Positions 28,951 to 38,839 of a stretch of DNA of 56,760 nt are shown piece by piece. The translations under genes were made by a program, and so were the position numbers. Source of the stretch: Aestuariivirga sp. (GTDB taxonomy: Bacteria > Pseudomonadota > Alphaproteobacteria > Rhizobiales > Aestuariivirgaceae). The DNA is taken from NCBI GenBank assembly GCA_039928255.1, contig JBDSTO010000073.1:1-56760 (forward strand), written 5' to 3'. The notes under the pieces were generated by a model, which did no database searches, was not told the DNA's origin, and saw only the letters and a program-made list of their open reading frames with translations. Within the stretch, counting starts at the first letter, position 1. Every line of letters starts with the position of its first letter.

Positions 28951-30164
28951 TTCACGATAAAGAAGAGCCAAAAACCGAAATCCTGATTATCAGGCGGCAT
29001 AGTGGTGATGACCATGCCGGGCACAAGGGTGGTGCGTGGAAAATTGCTTACGCCGATTTTGTGACTGCCATGATGGCTTTCTTTTTAGTGATGTGGCTCA
29101 TCAATTCTGCCAATGAGGCGACAAGGGCGAGGGTGGCCAGCTACTTTAACCCGATCAAAATGACTGATGCGGCGCCCGCAGGCAAAGGCCTGAAAGATAG
29201 TACCGTCGTCAAAAAAGTGGAAAACAAAACCAAATCAGATTCTGTTGGTGACAAGCCTGGTCAGGCAACGGACGACAAGAGCGCTGGAACAGAAGACACG
29301 GCGAACACCTCTGCAGGCCAAGCCACTGATGAGGTTTTGCGCAATCCCTATAAAATGATTGAGCAGGTTTCCCAAGAGGGTCAGGCCCATCCTTCGGGAA
29401 AGACCGTTGATGTCGTGACGGAAAAGACTGGCGATCCGTTTGATCCCAAGGCCTGGGAGGCTTTGCGTGAAGGCAAACAGAATTCTGATGTTCCGAGTGG
29501 TGTGACAACACTTTCATCCGAGGCTGCCGACCTCAATCTGCCAACAGACAACCAGACCAACCCACAGGTTGCCAATGTTGCGCCGCCACCGACGGCCAAC
29601 GACGTTGTTATAAAGCCCACCATTGAATCTGATCAGGCCGGAGACAAAACCACGCCCACGATCAATGTGGGAAAGCCGGCACAATCCAAGACGTCCGACG
29701 TGGCGACGAAGGATTTTGTGAGCCAGGCTGAAAATGAGATCAAAGCCGCCATTGCTGCTGCTGGGGCAGAGAATGATTTGCAGGCTTCGGTGAAAAAGAC
29801 CAGCGAAGGCCTGTTGATCGTTCTTAGTGATGCAAGTTCGAATCCGATGTTCACCATTGGATCTGCCAAGCCAACGCCAGCGTTGATTGAAGTGATTGAT
29901 ACTGTCGGCAAAATTTTGGAAACGCAGGACGGGAAAGTTATCGTGCGCGGCCATACCGATGCGCGCCGTTACAAGTCTCTGAATTTTGACAACTGGCAGC
30001 TCTCAACTGCGCGGGCGCATATGGCCAGCTATATTTTGATGCATGGTGGCCTGGATGAAAAGAAGATATTGAAAATTGAGGGATATGGATCATCAGAGCC
30101 CCTGGATGCCGCCGATCCCATGGCTGACGCCAACCGCAGGGTAGAATTTCTCTTGCGCAAGTGA
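28947..30164 (+). CDS. motB: Flagellar stator protein MotB
   Basis: GAWKIAYADFVTAMMAFFLVMWL, OmpA-like RGHTD, NWQLSTARA, NRRVE. Confidence 0.96.
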   Translation: MIHDKEEPKTEILIIRRHSGDDHAGHKGGAWKIAYADFVTAMMAFFLVMWLINSANEATRARVASYFNPIKMTDAAPAGKGLKDSTVVKKVENKTKSDSVGDKPGQATDDKSAGTEDTANTSAGQATDEVLRNPYKMIEQVSQEGQAHPSGKTVDVVTEKTGDPFDPKAWEALREGKQNSDVPSGVTTLSSEAADLNLPTDNQTNPQVANVAPPPTANDVVIKPTIESDQAGDKTTPTINVGKPAQSKTSDVATKDFVSQAENEIKAAIAAAGAENDLQASVKKTSEGLLIVLSDASSNPMFTIGSAKPTPALIEVIDTVGKILETQDGKVIVRGHTDARRYKSLNFDNWQLSTARAHMASYILMHGGLDEKKILKIEGYGSSEPLDAADPMADANRRVEFLLRK

Positions 30165-31513
30165 GGCGCGCCAGCATGATGAAATTCAAAGCTATTGGAA
30201 AAAAGAAACTGCTTGTAGTGGGTGGCATTGGCTTGATGCTCGGTGGCATTAGCACGAGCGCCTGGTATTTCCTGCCTGAACTGGGTGTTACAAAGCAGGT
30301 GCTTGCCATGATTGGTCTCGGCAATAATGGCGCTGATACAAAACAGATAACAACGCCGGAGAGCCAGGCTGAAAATGGTGCTGGTGCAGTCGAAGTTGCG
30401 CCTCAATCATTTTCCTCCAAAAGCCAGCTGGTTCTCGCGGTTCGTTCAATGTTGAGCCAACAGACCGAGCTTGCCCTTGGCAAGCCAGGAGCCGGGGCAA
30501 GGCTTAAAGCCAGCATGAGCATTATTGCGACGATGACGGCCGGGCTCGACGTACGACAGCTCACCACCCAGGAATATGATGCAGCCGCGGTCTATGTTCT
30601 TTCGGGGGGCCGCCCGGATGTTCTTGAGCGCATTGCCAGCGAGGACAAGCTTGATCCTGAAAGGCAAAGTTTGTTTGAAGGAGCTGTGTCTTTCGTCAGG
30701 GGTGATTTGAAAGCTGCGGCTGAAAAACTTGCAAGCATTGACGCGGCCAAGTTTGAACCTGTGCTGTCGGCGCGCATATATATGTTGCAAGCCCATTTGG
30801 AAGACAAGGCACCGTACGACGCAAGGCGCAAGATGTTGGAGACAGCGTCCAACATAACACTTGGGACTTTGTTCGAGGAAGCGGCCATGCGGCGCATGGT
30901 GGCGCTTGCGGGGGACAATGGCGCGATGAGGGATTTCACCTATTGGGCCGATCGTTATCAACGGCGCTTTCCCGATTCGCCCTATTTTCCTGATTTCTGG
31001 GCCGACGTTTTGAAAACCATATTCGTCTGGGAAAAGCGCCAGGACAAACTCACTTGGGATGATTTGCACCAGTTGGTGATCAACTTGCCGCCAGACCGAA
31101 AGCTGTCATTGGTGCGAACGTTGATACTGCGTTCCATCAAGGAAGGCTATCCACGCCTATGCCAATTTGGTCTGAACGAGGCCGCAGACAGTTCGGGCAA
31201 ATCCGGCGAAATCGTGGAAGAGTTGCGGCTTTACAAGCTCGCCTGTGCCGTGGGTGCCAATCCTGAGTCGGTTAGCCAGCAATTGGCTTTGCTTGATCGC
31301 AACAAACTGGACCAGAGCCAGATTGACCTTCTTGACGCTGCTAATCTTCTTGCCAAAGGCGCTCTGGCGGAAGGTGCCGGACCACAGAAAGTGCCAGAAA
31401 TCTATGGCCCCCGGCCTGGCTATCCCGGCATCGACCTTGTCAAAACGCGAGCCGCAAGCGTCGCACAACAAATCGATGCTACCGATAGCGTGTTAAAAAG
31501 GGCAGAGAAATGA
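30161..31513 (+). CDS. motC: MotC-like periplasmic motility protein
   Basis: YVLSGGRP, GTLFEEAAMRR, RYQRRFPDSPY; follows motB. Confidence 0.85.
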   Translation: MRRASMMKFKAIGKKKLLVVGGIGLMLGGISTSAWYFLPELGVTKQVLAMIGLGNNGADTKQITTPESQAENGAGAVEVAPQSFSSKSQLVLAVRSMLSQQTELALGKPGAGARLKASMSIIATMTAGLDVRQLTTQEYDAAAVYVLSGGRPDVLERIASEDKLDPERQSLFEGAVSFVRGDLKAAAEKLASIDAAKFEPVLSARIYMLQAHLEDKAPYDARRKMLETASNITLGTLFEEAAMRRMVALAGDNGAMRDFTYWADRYQRRFPDSPYFPDFWADVLKTIFVWEKRQDKLTWDDLHQLVINLPPDRKLSLVRTLILRSIKEGYPRLCQFGLNEAADSSGKSGEIVEELRLYKLACAVGANPESVSQQLALLDRNKLDQSQIDLLDAANLLAKGALAEGAGPQKVPEIYGPRPGYPGIDLVKTRAASVAQQIDATDSVLKRAEK

Positions 31514-32901
31514 TGGTATCCGGTATGAGTAATGTTGTGGTTTTGGCCAGGGGCGCACAAGGCGCCATGCCGAAGGATTCTGGCGTAAAATCAGATGCAG
31601 ATGTTCTTGGGCGCGGCACTGGTGAAGCAGAGGTCACAGTTCTTTTCCCGCGCACCAAGGTCTCGGCGCATGCTTGGGCAAAGGCCCAGAAAGCGGTCGC
31701 GGAAGCTGGTCCTGACGCCAAGACCGAAGATGATGAAAACGATCCCGCTGAGGGCCGGGATGTATTTGGCTCGCTGGTGGCCAGTGTCCAACAGAAATTG
31801 ACGCAGCAGGATGAACAGTCGACTCTGGAGAATGATGCCGCACCAATTGTGGTGAACGCGCATACGTCGCTGCTTCCGCCATCTCAGCTGATGGGGCGGG
31901 GCAAACTTGTCGACGCGCTGCAGAATTTTAAAGATAAGCCCCGGACAGATAGTACCAAGCCTAACGTATTTTCAAACCAGAGCGTCAATGTTTCTGCGGT
32001 CGTTGACAGCAAGCCCGAGTTGTCATCGGATGGCGACGTAGCTGTTGGAAAGCTCACGACTGTTCTTACCAGCGAAAACTTTCCACCACCTGAGTCTGAC
32101 GCGCCAGAAAAATCGATCGCGACGAAAACACCAAATAGCTCGGTCCAGGCGCCGAAAATTGCTGCGGATGAAACTCATTCTCAGCCGCCGACACCTTTTT
32201 CTGACGCTTCGGTTTCTCCCGCGCAGGGAAAGGCCGTGGCTTCGGCGGGCACCGACAAGGTTACAGCGGAACCAAAAAAAGAACTATCTCTGGCAAAAGT
32301 TGAACCCGTAGACGCTTCGAATTCGCACGTCGCTCAGGTTTCCCATCCTGGCATGAGTGAGACAAAGCTCCTTAGCCCTGCCGCCCAAATTGTTGAGAAT
32401 ATTCGTAATGCGGTTCCTCCGGCGGCCATTGCGCCGCGTAGTGCCACTGCAATTCCAATGCCTGTGAAAACTTTGGAAGTGCAGCTGCAGCCAGAGGGGT
32501 TGGGGCCAATTACTGTTTCCCTCAAAACTGAACAGGGCAAACTCAAGGTCGAAATTTCAACCAAACTTGAATCGACGCGTCATGAACTGGAACGCAATTC
32601 CGCAGAATTGGTCAGCGGATTGCAACGAGTCGATCCGTCATTCAAGGCAGCCGATGTCAATTTCTCGGATCAACCGCAAGACTCGAGCGCCGACACTATG
32701 GGGCAGGCTTCGGGCAATGGTGGGGACCGTCGGGGCACTCCTGAAAACATGTCCGGTTTTGGATCAAACGAGGGCCGAGATGCAAACCAGCCAAGTGCGA
32801 ATTCGCGCCTCACGAGCTATGGAAAGACAAAGCCAGAGCAAAATAGGGTTGCTGGCGAGTTGCCTTCTCGGCTGGATCGCGTTGACGGGATTTATCTCTG
32901 A
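31510..32901 (+). CDS. fliK: Flagellar hook-length control protein FliK (MotD)
   Basis: Low-complexity N-terminus; C-terminal VKTLEVQLQPEGLGPITVSL domain. Confidence 0.85.
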   Translation: MMVSGMSNVVVLARGAQGAMPKDSGVKSDADVLGRGTGEAEVTVLFPRTKVSAHAWAKAQKAVAEAGPDAKTEDDENDPAEGRDVFGSLVASVQQKLTQQDEQSTLENDAAPIVVNAHTSLLPPSQLMGRGKLVDALQNFKDKPRTDSTKPNVFSNQSVNVSAVVDSKPELSSDGDVAVGKLTTVLTSENFPPPESDAPEKSIATKTPNSSVQAPKIAADETHSQPPTPFSDASVSPAQGKAVASAGTDKVTAEPKKELSLAKVEPVDASNSHVAQVSHPGMSETKLLSPAAQIVENIRNAVPPAAIAPRSATAIPMPVKTLEVQLQPEGLGPITVSLKTEQGKLKVEISTKLESTRHELERNSAELVSGLQRVDPSFKAADVNFSDQPQDSSADTMGQASGNGGDRRGTPENMSGFGSNEGRDANQPSANSRLTSYGKTKPEQNRVAGELPSRLDRVDGIYL

Positions 32902-33421
32902 ACAGGCCCACGCCGTAAACCGATCTGATGCAAAGATTTGCGAAAGTTTTCTTCCTGGCATAGCGAAAGCCGAAGGCGTTCCGCTTGGCGTTCTTTATGC
33001 TGTGGGTCTGACCGAGACTGGTGTGAAGGGCAGCCTCCATCCTTACGCATTGAATGTGGAGGGGCGCACGATCATTACTTATACGCAGGCCGACGCGCTC
33101 AATGAGTTCAACAAGGCCAAGCGGCAGGGAAAAAAGTTGATCGACCTTGGCTGCATGCAGGTGAATTATCACTATCATGGTGCCAATTTCAATTCGCCGG
33201 CCGAGATGATGGATCCGGAAAAGAACATTGTTTATGCTGCTCAATTTCTGAAAACACTTAGGACTAGCGAAGGAAGTTGGGCCGCAGCTGTTGCGCGCTA
33301 TCATGCAAGCCCGCGCAAGCCCGCAGAGCAACGCCGCTATATTTGTAGTGTTATCAGAAACCTGATCGCCAGCGACTTTGGCGGATGGACTCCCGCATCG
33401 CGCGTTTACTGCCGCCGTTGA
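32819..33421 (+). CDS. Lytic transglycosylase (SLT domain), flagellar
   Basis: YAVGLTETG, IDLGCMQVN, AVARYH; likely start ATG 32819 ahead of a signal peptide (track ORF starts at 32567). Confidence 0.88.
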   Translation: MERQSQSKIGLLASCLLGWIALTGFISEQAHAVNRSDAKICESFLPGIAKAEGVPLGVLYAVGLTETGVKGSLHPYALNVEGRTIITYTQADALNEFNKAKRQGKKLIDLGCMQVNYHYHGANFNSPAEMMDPEKNIVYAAQFLKTLRTSEGSWAAAVARYHASPRKPAEQRRYICSVIRNLIASDFGGWTPASRVYCRR

Positions 33422-33454
33422 CCATCACAATCCAAAGAAGCAACCGGGCTGTTG

Positions 33455-33470
33455 TTAAGCTTTGATTAAC
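33455..33470 (+). promoter_or_regulatory. CtrA box upstream of flgE
   Basis: TTAA-GCTTTGA-TTAAC followed by CATAAT. Confidence 0.72.
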
Positions 33471-33519
33471 CATAATCTCGGACCTACCAACCTCCTCTGC
33501 AAGGCATGATCAGCCACCC

Positions 33520-33540
33520 ACAAGCTAGGTGTGAGAGGAT
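33520..33540 (+). promoter_or_regulatory. Class II flagellar promoter motif upstream of flgE
   Basis: ACAAG-CTAGGTGTGA-GAGGAT. Confidence 0.5.
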
Positions 33541-33565
33541 TGGATGGATCAAGGAGTAAATCAAC

Positions 33566-34819
33566 ATGAGTCTTTACGGTGTTATGCGGACCAGCGCGTC
33601 TGGAATGGCTGCACAGGCAAGCCGCATTTCCGGCGTTGCCGAAAACGTCGCCAACTCTAACACGACGGGCTATAAAGCCGTACGCATGGAGTTCTCTTCG
33701 CTAATCGTCGACAACTCGGTCGGCAATTACAATTCAGGCTCAGTTGAAGTTGATACGCAGCGACTGGTTTCCAGCCAAGGCACACTCAGTGCGACAAGCT
33801 CCGTCACAGATCTCGGCATCCAGGGCCAAGGCTTCTTCGTTGTTCAGGGGCCTGGTGGCGAATCTGTTATGACACGTGCAGGCTCATTCACACCCAACGC
33901 GTCAGGCGAGTTGGTCAACACCGCCGGATTCAAGTTGATGGGCTATCCCGTACCTCCGGATCAGCCCAACATTGTGGTCAACGGTTTCAATGGCATGGTG
34001 CCCGTTGTCATCAACAACAACAATCTGTCGGCTGTTCCTTCGACGACTGGTACATTCCAAACCAATCTTCCATCTAATGCCACTGCAGTTGCTGCTGCCG
34101 ATCTGCCTTCAACTAACTCCGCCACGGCAACATACACCGCAAAGTCTTCGTTGGTGACGGTTGGCAATCTTGGCCAGGAAGTTAGCCTCGATCTCTATTC
34201 GACCATGACGGGTCCCAATACATGGGAAGTGACCGCATATAATAAAGCGGATGCTTCTGCCTCTGGTGGCTTTCCCTATGCTTCGGGGCCTCTCGCCACC
34301 CAGACCATGGACTTTGATCCAAACAACGGCCAATTGACCTCGACACCAACACTCGCTCTGAGCGTACCCGGGGGGCAGTCGTTGACGCTTGACCTCACCG
34401 GCACATCGCAACTGGCGACGAACTATTCCGTTATCGCTGGCAAGGTGAATGGCAACACGGCCAGCGTTGCAACGCTTGTTGAAATTGACAAGGACGGCAC
34501 CGTCTATGCAGCCTATGAAAATGGCTCGCGTCAGGCCATCTACCGAATTCCTTTGGCAACAGTCACAAGCCCTGATCATTTGCAAGCTCTGTCGGGCAAT
34601 GTCTATTCGACAACCAGCAAGTCGGGCGACGCACATGTGGGCTTTCCCCAGGATGCAGGATTCGGATCGGTCAATTCCGGCGTTCTGGAACAGTCCACCG
34701 CCGATATCGCTTCTGAATTCACCGACATGATCGACGCTCAGCGTGGATATACCGCGAATTCAAAGGTATTCCAGACCGGTGCAGACCTGATGGACGTTCT
34801 CGTCAATCTGAAGCGTTGA
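33566..34819 (+). CDS. flgE: Flagellar hook protein FlgE
   Basis: ENVANSNTTGYK, TRAGSF, LEQSTADIASEF, AQRGYTANSKV. Confidence 0.95.
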   Translation: MSLYGVMRTSASGMAAQASRISGVAENVANSNTTGYKAVRMEFSSLIVDNSVGNYNSGSVEVDTQRLVSSQGTLSATSSVTDLGIQGQGFFVVQGPGGESVMTRAGSFTPNASGELVNTAGFKLMGYPVPPDQPNIVVNGFNGMVPVVINNNNLSAVPSTTGTFQTNLPSNATAVAAADLPSTNSATATYTAKSSLVTVGNLGQEVSLDLYSTMTGPNTWEVTAYNKADASASGGFPYASGPLATQTMDFDPNNGQLTSTPTLALSVPGGQSLTLDLTGTSQLATNYSVIAGKVNGNTASVATLVEIDKDGTVYAAYENGSRQAIYRIPLATVTSPDHLQALSGNVYSTTSKSGDAHVGFPQDAGFGSVNSGVLEQSTADIASEFTDMIDAQRGYTANSKVFQTGADLMDVLVNLKR

Positions 34820-34838
34820 TTGGGTTTTAAGGTCTTCA

Positions 34839-36308
34839 ATGAGCGGTATTTCATCGGCACTATCAAATGCAATTTCGGGCTTGTTGGTAAGTTCGGGACA
34901 GACGGCTGTCGTGTCCCGAAACATCACCAAGGCGAATGATGAAAATTATTCCCGCGAAATTTCTACAACATCAACTGGTGCTTCCGGTGCAGCGAAGCTT
35001 GATCCCACGCAGCGTGCTGCCGACAAGAAGCTGTTGGCGGCCTTTTTGCAATCGACCAGCATGTCGAGCGGGCAGTCAACACTGCTTGATGCGATCACTC
35101 AATTGAGCAACACAGTTGGTGATGTGCAGGACGATGGATCAATTGCCTGGTCGGTAAACCAGTTCCAACAGAAGTTGCAGGCCACAGAAGCCGATCCTGG
35201 AAATACTACCTTGGCAAGCCAAGCCATTGCGAGTGCCAAAACTCTTGCTTCTGCGTTGAACAGCGCATCGCAAGTGACGCAAAATGTCAGAAGTGATGCA
35301 GATGCGGGCATTGCCACATCGGTTGCAAACATCAATGACCTGCTGCAGCAGTTCCAGAAATTGGACAATTCGATTGCTGGCAATTCGCTTGATCCGGACT
35401 CGCGCGCTGCAGCGATGGATTCACGCGATGCCATTCTCAAAAAGCTTTCAGCGGAAATCGGTATCCAGACGGTTACGAGACCAGACAACAGCACGGCCAT
35501 TTATACTGATGGAGGCGTGACGCTTTTTGACAAATCCCCCCGCACCTTGACATTTGTGGGCAGCAGTTCTCTGGCCCCGGGGGTTGCTGGTGCTCCTGTT
35601 TATGCAGATGGCGTACAGATCACTGGCGCCAATTCGCCGATGCCCAGCAAGTCTGGAAATTTGGTTGCCTATGCTCAGGTGAGAGACCAGATCGCGCCCA
35701 CTTATCAAAACCAGCTTGATGAAATTGCACGCGCTTTGGTTACGAGTTTTTCGGAAACCGACCAGAGTACCAGCCCCAGTCTTCCCGATGCGACGGGCCT
35801 GTTTTCGTATAGCGGTTCGCCTGCAGTACCCGGGTCGTCGCTGATTGCCGGGCTCGCATCCCAGATCAATGTGAACGCTGCGTTTGATCCAGCGGCCGGA
35901 GGGAATATCAAGCTTCTGCGCGATGGTGGGGCAAATGGCGCGGCCTATAGCTACAACGCTTCAAATTCTGCAGGCTTTCAGGCGCGATTGCAGTTGCTGG
36001 TCCAATCTTTGGGGCAAGCCCAGAATTTCAGCACCGCCACGCAGCTTCCGGCATCTAATACAATTCTTGGCCTTGCCACCGCATCGGCGGGCTGGGTTGA
36101 GGCCACGCGCTCAGACGCTGATTCAAAATCAACCAATGCCCAAGCAACCCAGACGCGGACCAAAGCAGCGCTGTTGAGCACAACGGGCGTCAATCTCGAT
36201 CTTGAGATGTCGACAATGCTCAATCTTGAGAAATCCTACCAGGCGGCGGCCAAGGTTTTGACCACGGTCAACCAGATGATGAGCGACCTGATGCAAGTCA
36301 TCAGGTAG
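34839..36308 (+). CDS. flgK: Flagellar hook-associated protein FlgK
   Basis: VSRNITKA, YQNQLDEIA, GVNLDLEM, SYQAAAK. Confidence 0.93.
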   Translation: MSGISSALSNAISGLLVSSGQTAVVSRNITKANDENYSREISTTSTGASGAAKLDPTQRAADKKLLAAFLQSTSMSSGQSTLLDAITQLSNTVGDVQDDGSIAWSVNQFQQKLQATEADPGNTTLASQAIASAKTLASALNSASQVTQNVRSDADAGIATSVANINDLLQQFQKLDNSIAGNSLDPDSRAAAMDSRDAILKKLSAEIGIQTVTRPDNSTAIYTDGGVTLFDKSPRTLTFVGSSSLAPGVAGAPVYADGVQITGANSPMPSKSGNLVAYAQVRDQIAPTYQNQLDEIARALVTSFSETDQSTSPSLPDATGLFSYSGSPAVPGSSLIAGLASQINVNAAFDPAAGGNIKLLRDGGANGAAYSYNASNSAGFQARLQLLVQSLGQAQNFSTATQLPASNTILGLATASAGWVEATRSDADSKSTNAQATQTRTKAALLSTTGVNLDLEMSTMLNLEKSYQAAAKVLTTVNQMMSDLMQVIR

Positions 36309-36324
36309 GTGGAGAAGAATTGAA

Positions 36325-37365
36325 ATGGTGATCAACGGAATTTCAACTCTTGTCACAGCCCTGCAGACACAGGACTCCCTGAGTACAGCGCAAAAGAAAC
36401 TTAATGATGCCGTCACCGAACAATCAACCCTTCGCCATGCTGACGTCGGCCTGACTCTGGGCGGTAATGTTTCAAGGAATGTGAACTGGCGTGCCAAGCT
36501 TTCCGACACGACAAACTATTTGGATGCCAATGCCCAGGCTTTGTCTCGCGCGGATGCACTACAAACCACTCTTGATGCGGCCAGAACCACAGCAAGCAGC
36601 TTTCTGAGCACGCTTTCAGGTTCACGTAACGCTGCCAATGGCCAGGCATTGACTCAACAGGGATCGGGTTTTGCCATTGACGCGCTCGTGGGTGCCGCCA
36701 ACGCAACATATGGCGGCCAATATTTGCTGGGCGGGCAGAACACTGATGTGGCGCCACTGAACGCCTATAAGGGCGGGCCTGCACAGTCGTCCTTTGACAA
36801 TGCCTTTCAGTCATTCTTCGGCTTTGCCAAAACAGACCCTGCGGCCAGCACCATTACGGCGGCACAAATGAATTCATTTTTGCAAGGGCCTTATGAGGAT
36901 CTATTCCAGTCTTCCTCGTGGAGCGCCAACTTCTCCAACGCCACGTCCAATAATCTGCAGAGCCGCATTGACGACAACCAGCAGGTTGATCTCTCGGCAA
37001 ATGCCAATGACCCTGCAATCCAGGATTTGATGCGCGGCATGGTTGCCGTGCAGGAAGCGGGCAACGGCAAGCTTAATTCCACGGCATACCAGGCTCTGGT
37101 CGATTATTCGATGGGCAAGGTCAGCAATGCCATTCAAGGGCTGGGTGACACCCAAGCCCGAATTGGTGCGGCCCAGCAAACCGTTACACAGACCAACACG
37201 AAGCTTTCCTCAATGAAAGATGTTCTCGACGGCGAAATTCAACGCACCGAGGGGGTCGATCCAGCGGAAGTGGCCACCCGGGTCAACAATCTCACCACTC
37301 AACTCGAAGCAAATTACACAGTTACAGGCAAGCTCGCGAAGCTAAGCTTGCTGAATTACATCTGA
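36325..37365 (+). CDS. flgL: Flagellar hook-associated protein FlgL
   Basis: HADVGLTLG, GQYLLGGQN, LSLLNYI C-terminus. Confidence 0.9.
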   Translation: MVINGISTLVTALQTQDSLSTAQKKLNDAVTEQSTLRHADVGLTLGGNVSRNVNWRAKLSDTTNYLDANAQALSRADALQTTLDAARTTASSFLSTLSGSRNAANGQALTQQGSGFAIDALVGAANATYGGQYLLGGQNTDVAPLNAYKGGPAQSSFDNAFQSFFGFAKTDPAASTITAAQMNSFLQGPYEDLFQSSSWSANFSNATSNNLQSRIDDNQQVDLSANANDPAIQDLMRGMVAVQEAGNGKLNSTAYQALVDYSMGKVSNAIQGLGDTQARIGAAQQTVTQTNTKLSSMKDVLDGEIQRTEGVDPAEVATRVNNLTTQLEANYTVTGKLAKLSLLNYI

Positions 37366-37382
37366 AACAGAGCAGGCCCGAA

Positions 37383-37739
37383 ATGTACAAGCGTATTTAT
37401 GACGAAATTGCCGTGGAAACCTCTGCAAAGATCAGGGCGGATGAAGTTCGTGCCCTCGATCATTCAATTACACTGATGACCGTTGCTCAAACCAAAGGGG
37501 CGGGCACGCGTGAAGCCGTTGAAGCGATGTTCTTTGTCAGCAGGCTTTGGGGTGTGCTTCTTGAGGATCTATCTTCGGATGACAATGGGCTTCCAAACGA
37601 ACTTCGCGCCAAAATTATTTCAATCGGCATCTGGGCCCTCAAATATACAGAAGAATTCCGGCGCGGGTTGAAGAAAGACTTTCAGCCATTGATTGAAATT
37701 TCGGGGATCATTTTGAAGGGGCTCTCGGTCGCAAGATGA
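37383..37739 (+). CDS. flaF: Flagellar biosynthesis regulator FlaF
   Basis: LWGVLLEDL, NGLPNELRAKIISIGIW. Confidence 0.93.
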   Translation: MYKRIYDEIAVETSAKIRADEVRALDHSITLMTVAQTKGAGTREAVEAMFFVSRLWGVLLEDLSSDDNGLPNELRAKIISIGIWALKYTEEFRRGLKKDFQPLIEISGIILKGLSVAR

Positions 37740-38155
37740 AAATTCATCTCAAACGTAATGAAAAATTGTTCATCAATGGTGCTGTGATCCGGTTGGATCG
37801 CAGGGGTTCAATCGAGCTCATGAATGACGCGCAATTCCTGATGGAAAACCATATTCTGCAACAGGAAGATGCCAAGACGCCATTGCAACAGGTCTACTTC
37901 ATCGTGCAAACGATGTTGATGGATCCGGCCAATTCGCATCTTACGAAATACCTTTTGGATTCCTATTCTGATGTTCTGGTGCGGTTCAATTTTTCAAGTG
38001 AATACAATGAATTAATTGGAACAATCAAGAAACTGGTTCAGGAAGCCAATTACTATGGTGCCTTGAAGCTGTTGCGGCAGTCTTTCCATCTTGACCAGAC
38101 GGTGGGCGCGGTTTTGCCGGAGCCAGTTCTCAACAATCAATATGAGGCCGCGTAA
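37736..38155 (+). CDS. flbT: Flagellin translation regulator FlbT
   Basis: LKRNEKLFINGAVI, TPLQQVYF, YYGALKLLR. Confidence 0.93.
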   Translation: MKIHLKRNEKLFINGAVIRLDRRGSIELMNDAQFLMENHILQQEDAKTPLQQVYFIVQTMLMDPANSHLTKYLLDSYSDVLVRFNFSSEYNELIGTIKKLVQEANYYGALKLLRQSFHLDQTVGAVLPEPVLNNQYEAA

Positions 38156-38559
38156 TGAGTGTTCCTCCCGTAAGCACGTCAACTGGATCAAATGGCACTG
38201 CGCCAAAGTCTGTCTCGCAACAGGCCAATCTTGACTACAATTCGTTTTTGAAATTGCTGCTTCAGCAAATGAAAAGCCAAGACCCGACGCATCCGATGGA
38301 CCAGACAGCGATGCTGGCGCAGTTGGCCCAATTTACCAGCGTGGGCCAAACCATTCAGACAAATACCAAGCTTGATACGCTGATCAGCTCATCCAATACT
38401 CAAGCTGCCGTCAACCTGATCGGCAAGACCGTCACATCGCTGACCGACGGGACGACCGGCACGGTGAAATCCATCGAAATCACCAGCACCGGTTCCTCTG
38501 CCATCCTGACGTCGGGTTCAAAAATCGATCTTTCTGCCGGCATTTCAGTAGGCAGTTAA
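38155..38559 (+). CDS. flgD: Flagellar hook capping protein FlgD
   Basis: FLKLLLQQMKSQDPTHPMD, QLAQF, LIGKTV. Confidence 0.93.
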   Translation: MSVPPVSTSTGSNGTAPKSVSQQANLDYNSFLKLLLQQMKSQDPTHPMDQTAMLAQLAQFTSVGQTIQTNTKLDTLISSSNTQAAVNLIGKTVTSLTDGTTGTVKSIEITSTGSSAILTSGSKIDLSAGISVGS

Positions 38560-38563
38560 ATTT

Positions 38564-38830
38564 ATGAATGAAGTTGATGCCCTCGAGCTTGTCCAGAACG
38601 CATTGTGGACCACCATGTGGATCTGCGTGCCGCTGGTCTTGCCCGCCATGGCGGTCGGCATCATTGTTGCGCTGTTCCAGGCCCTGACGCAAATCCAGGA
38701 ATCAACACTGACATTCGTTCCCAAGATGATTGTGGTGTTCATCTCGGCCATGGCCTCAGCCGCCTTTGTCGGCTCTCAAATGCAAACACTGGCCGAGAAT
38801 GCCTATGACCGCATTGCCACCGGCTTCTAG
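38564..38830 (+). CDS. fliQ: Flagellar export protein FliQ
   Basis: FQALTQIQESTLTFVPK. Confidence 0.96.
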   Translation: MNEVDALELVQNALWTTMWICVPLVLPAMAVGIIVALFQALTQIQESTLTFVPKMIVVFISAMASAAFVGSQMQTLAENAYDRIATGF

Positions 38831-38839
38831 CGTGGCACC

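Noticed and set aside
32567-32818. Long N-terminal extension of the SLT ORF inside fliK (possible frameshift or fusion)
   Set aside because: Both genes are intact, and a signal-peptide-like start exists at 32819; no slippery site identified
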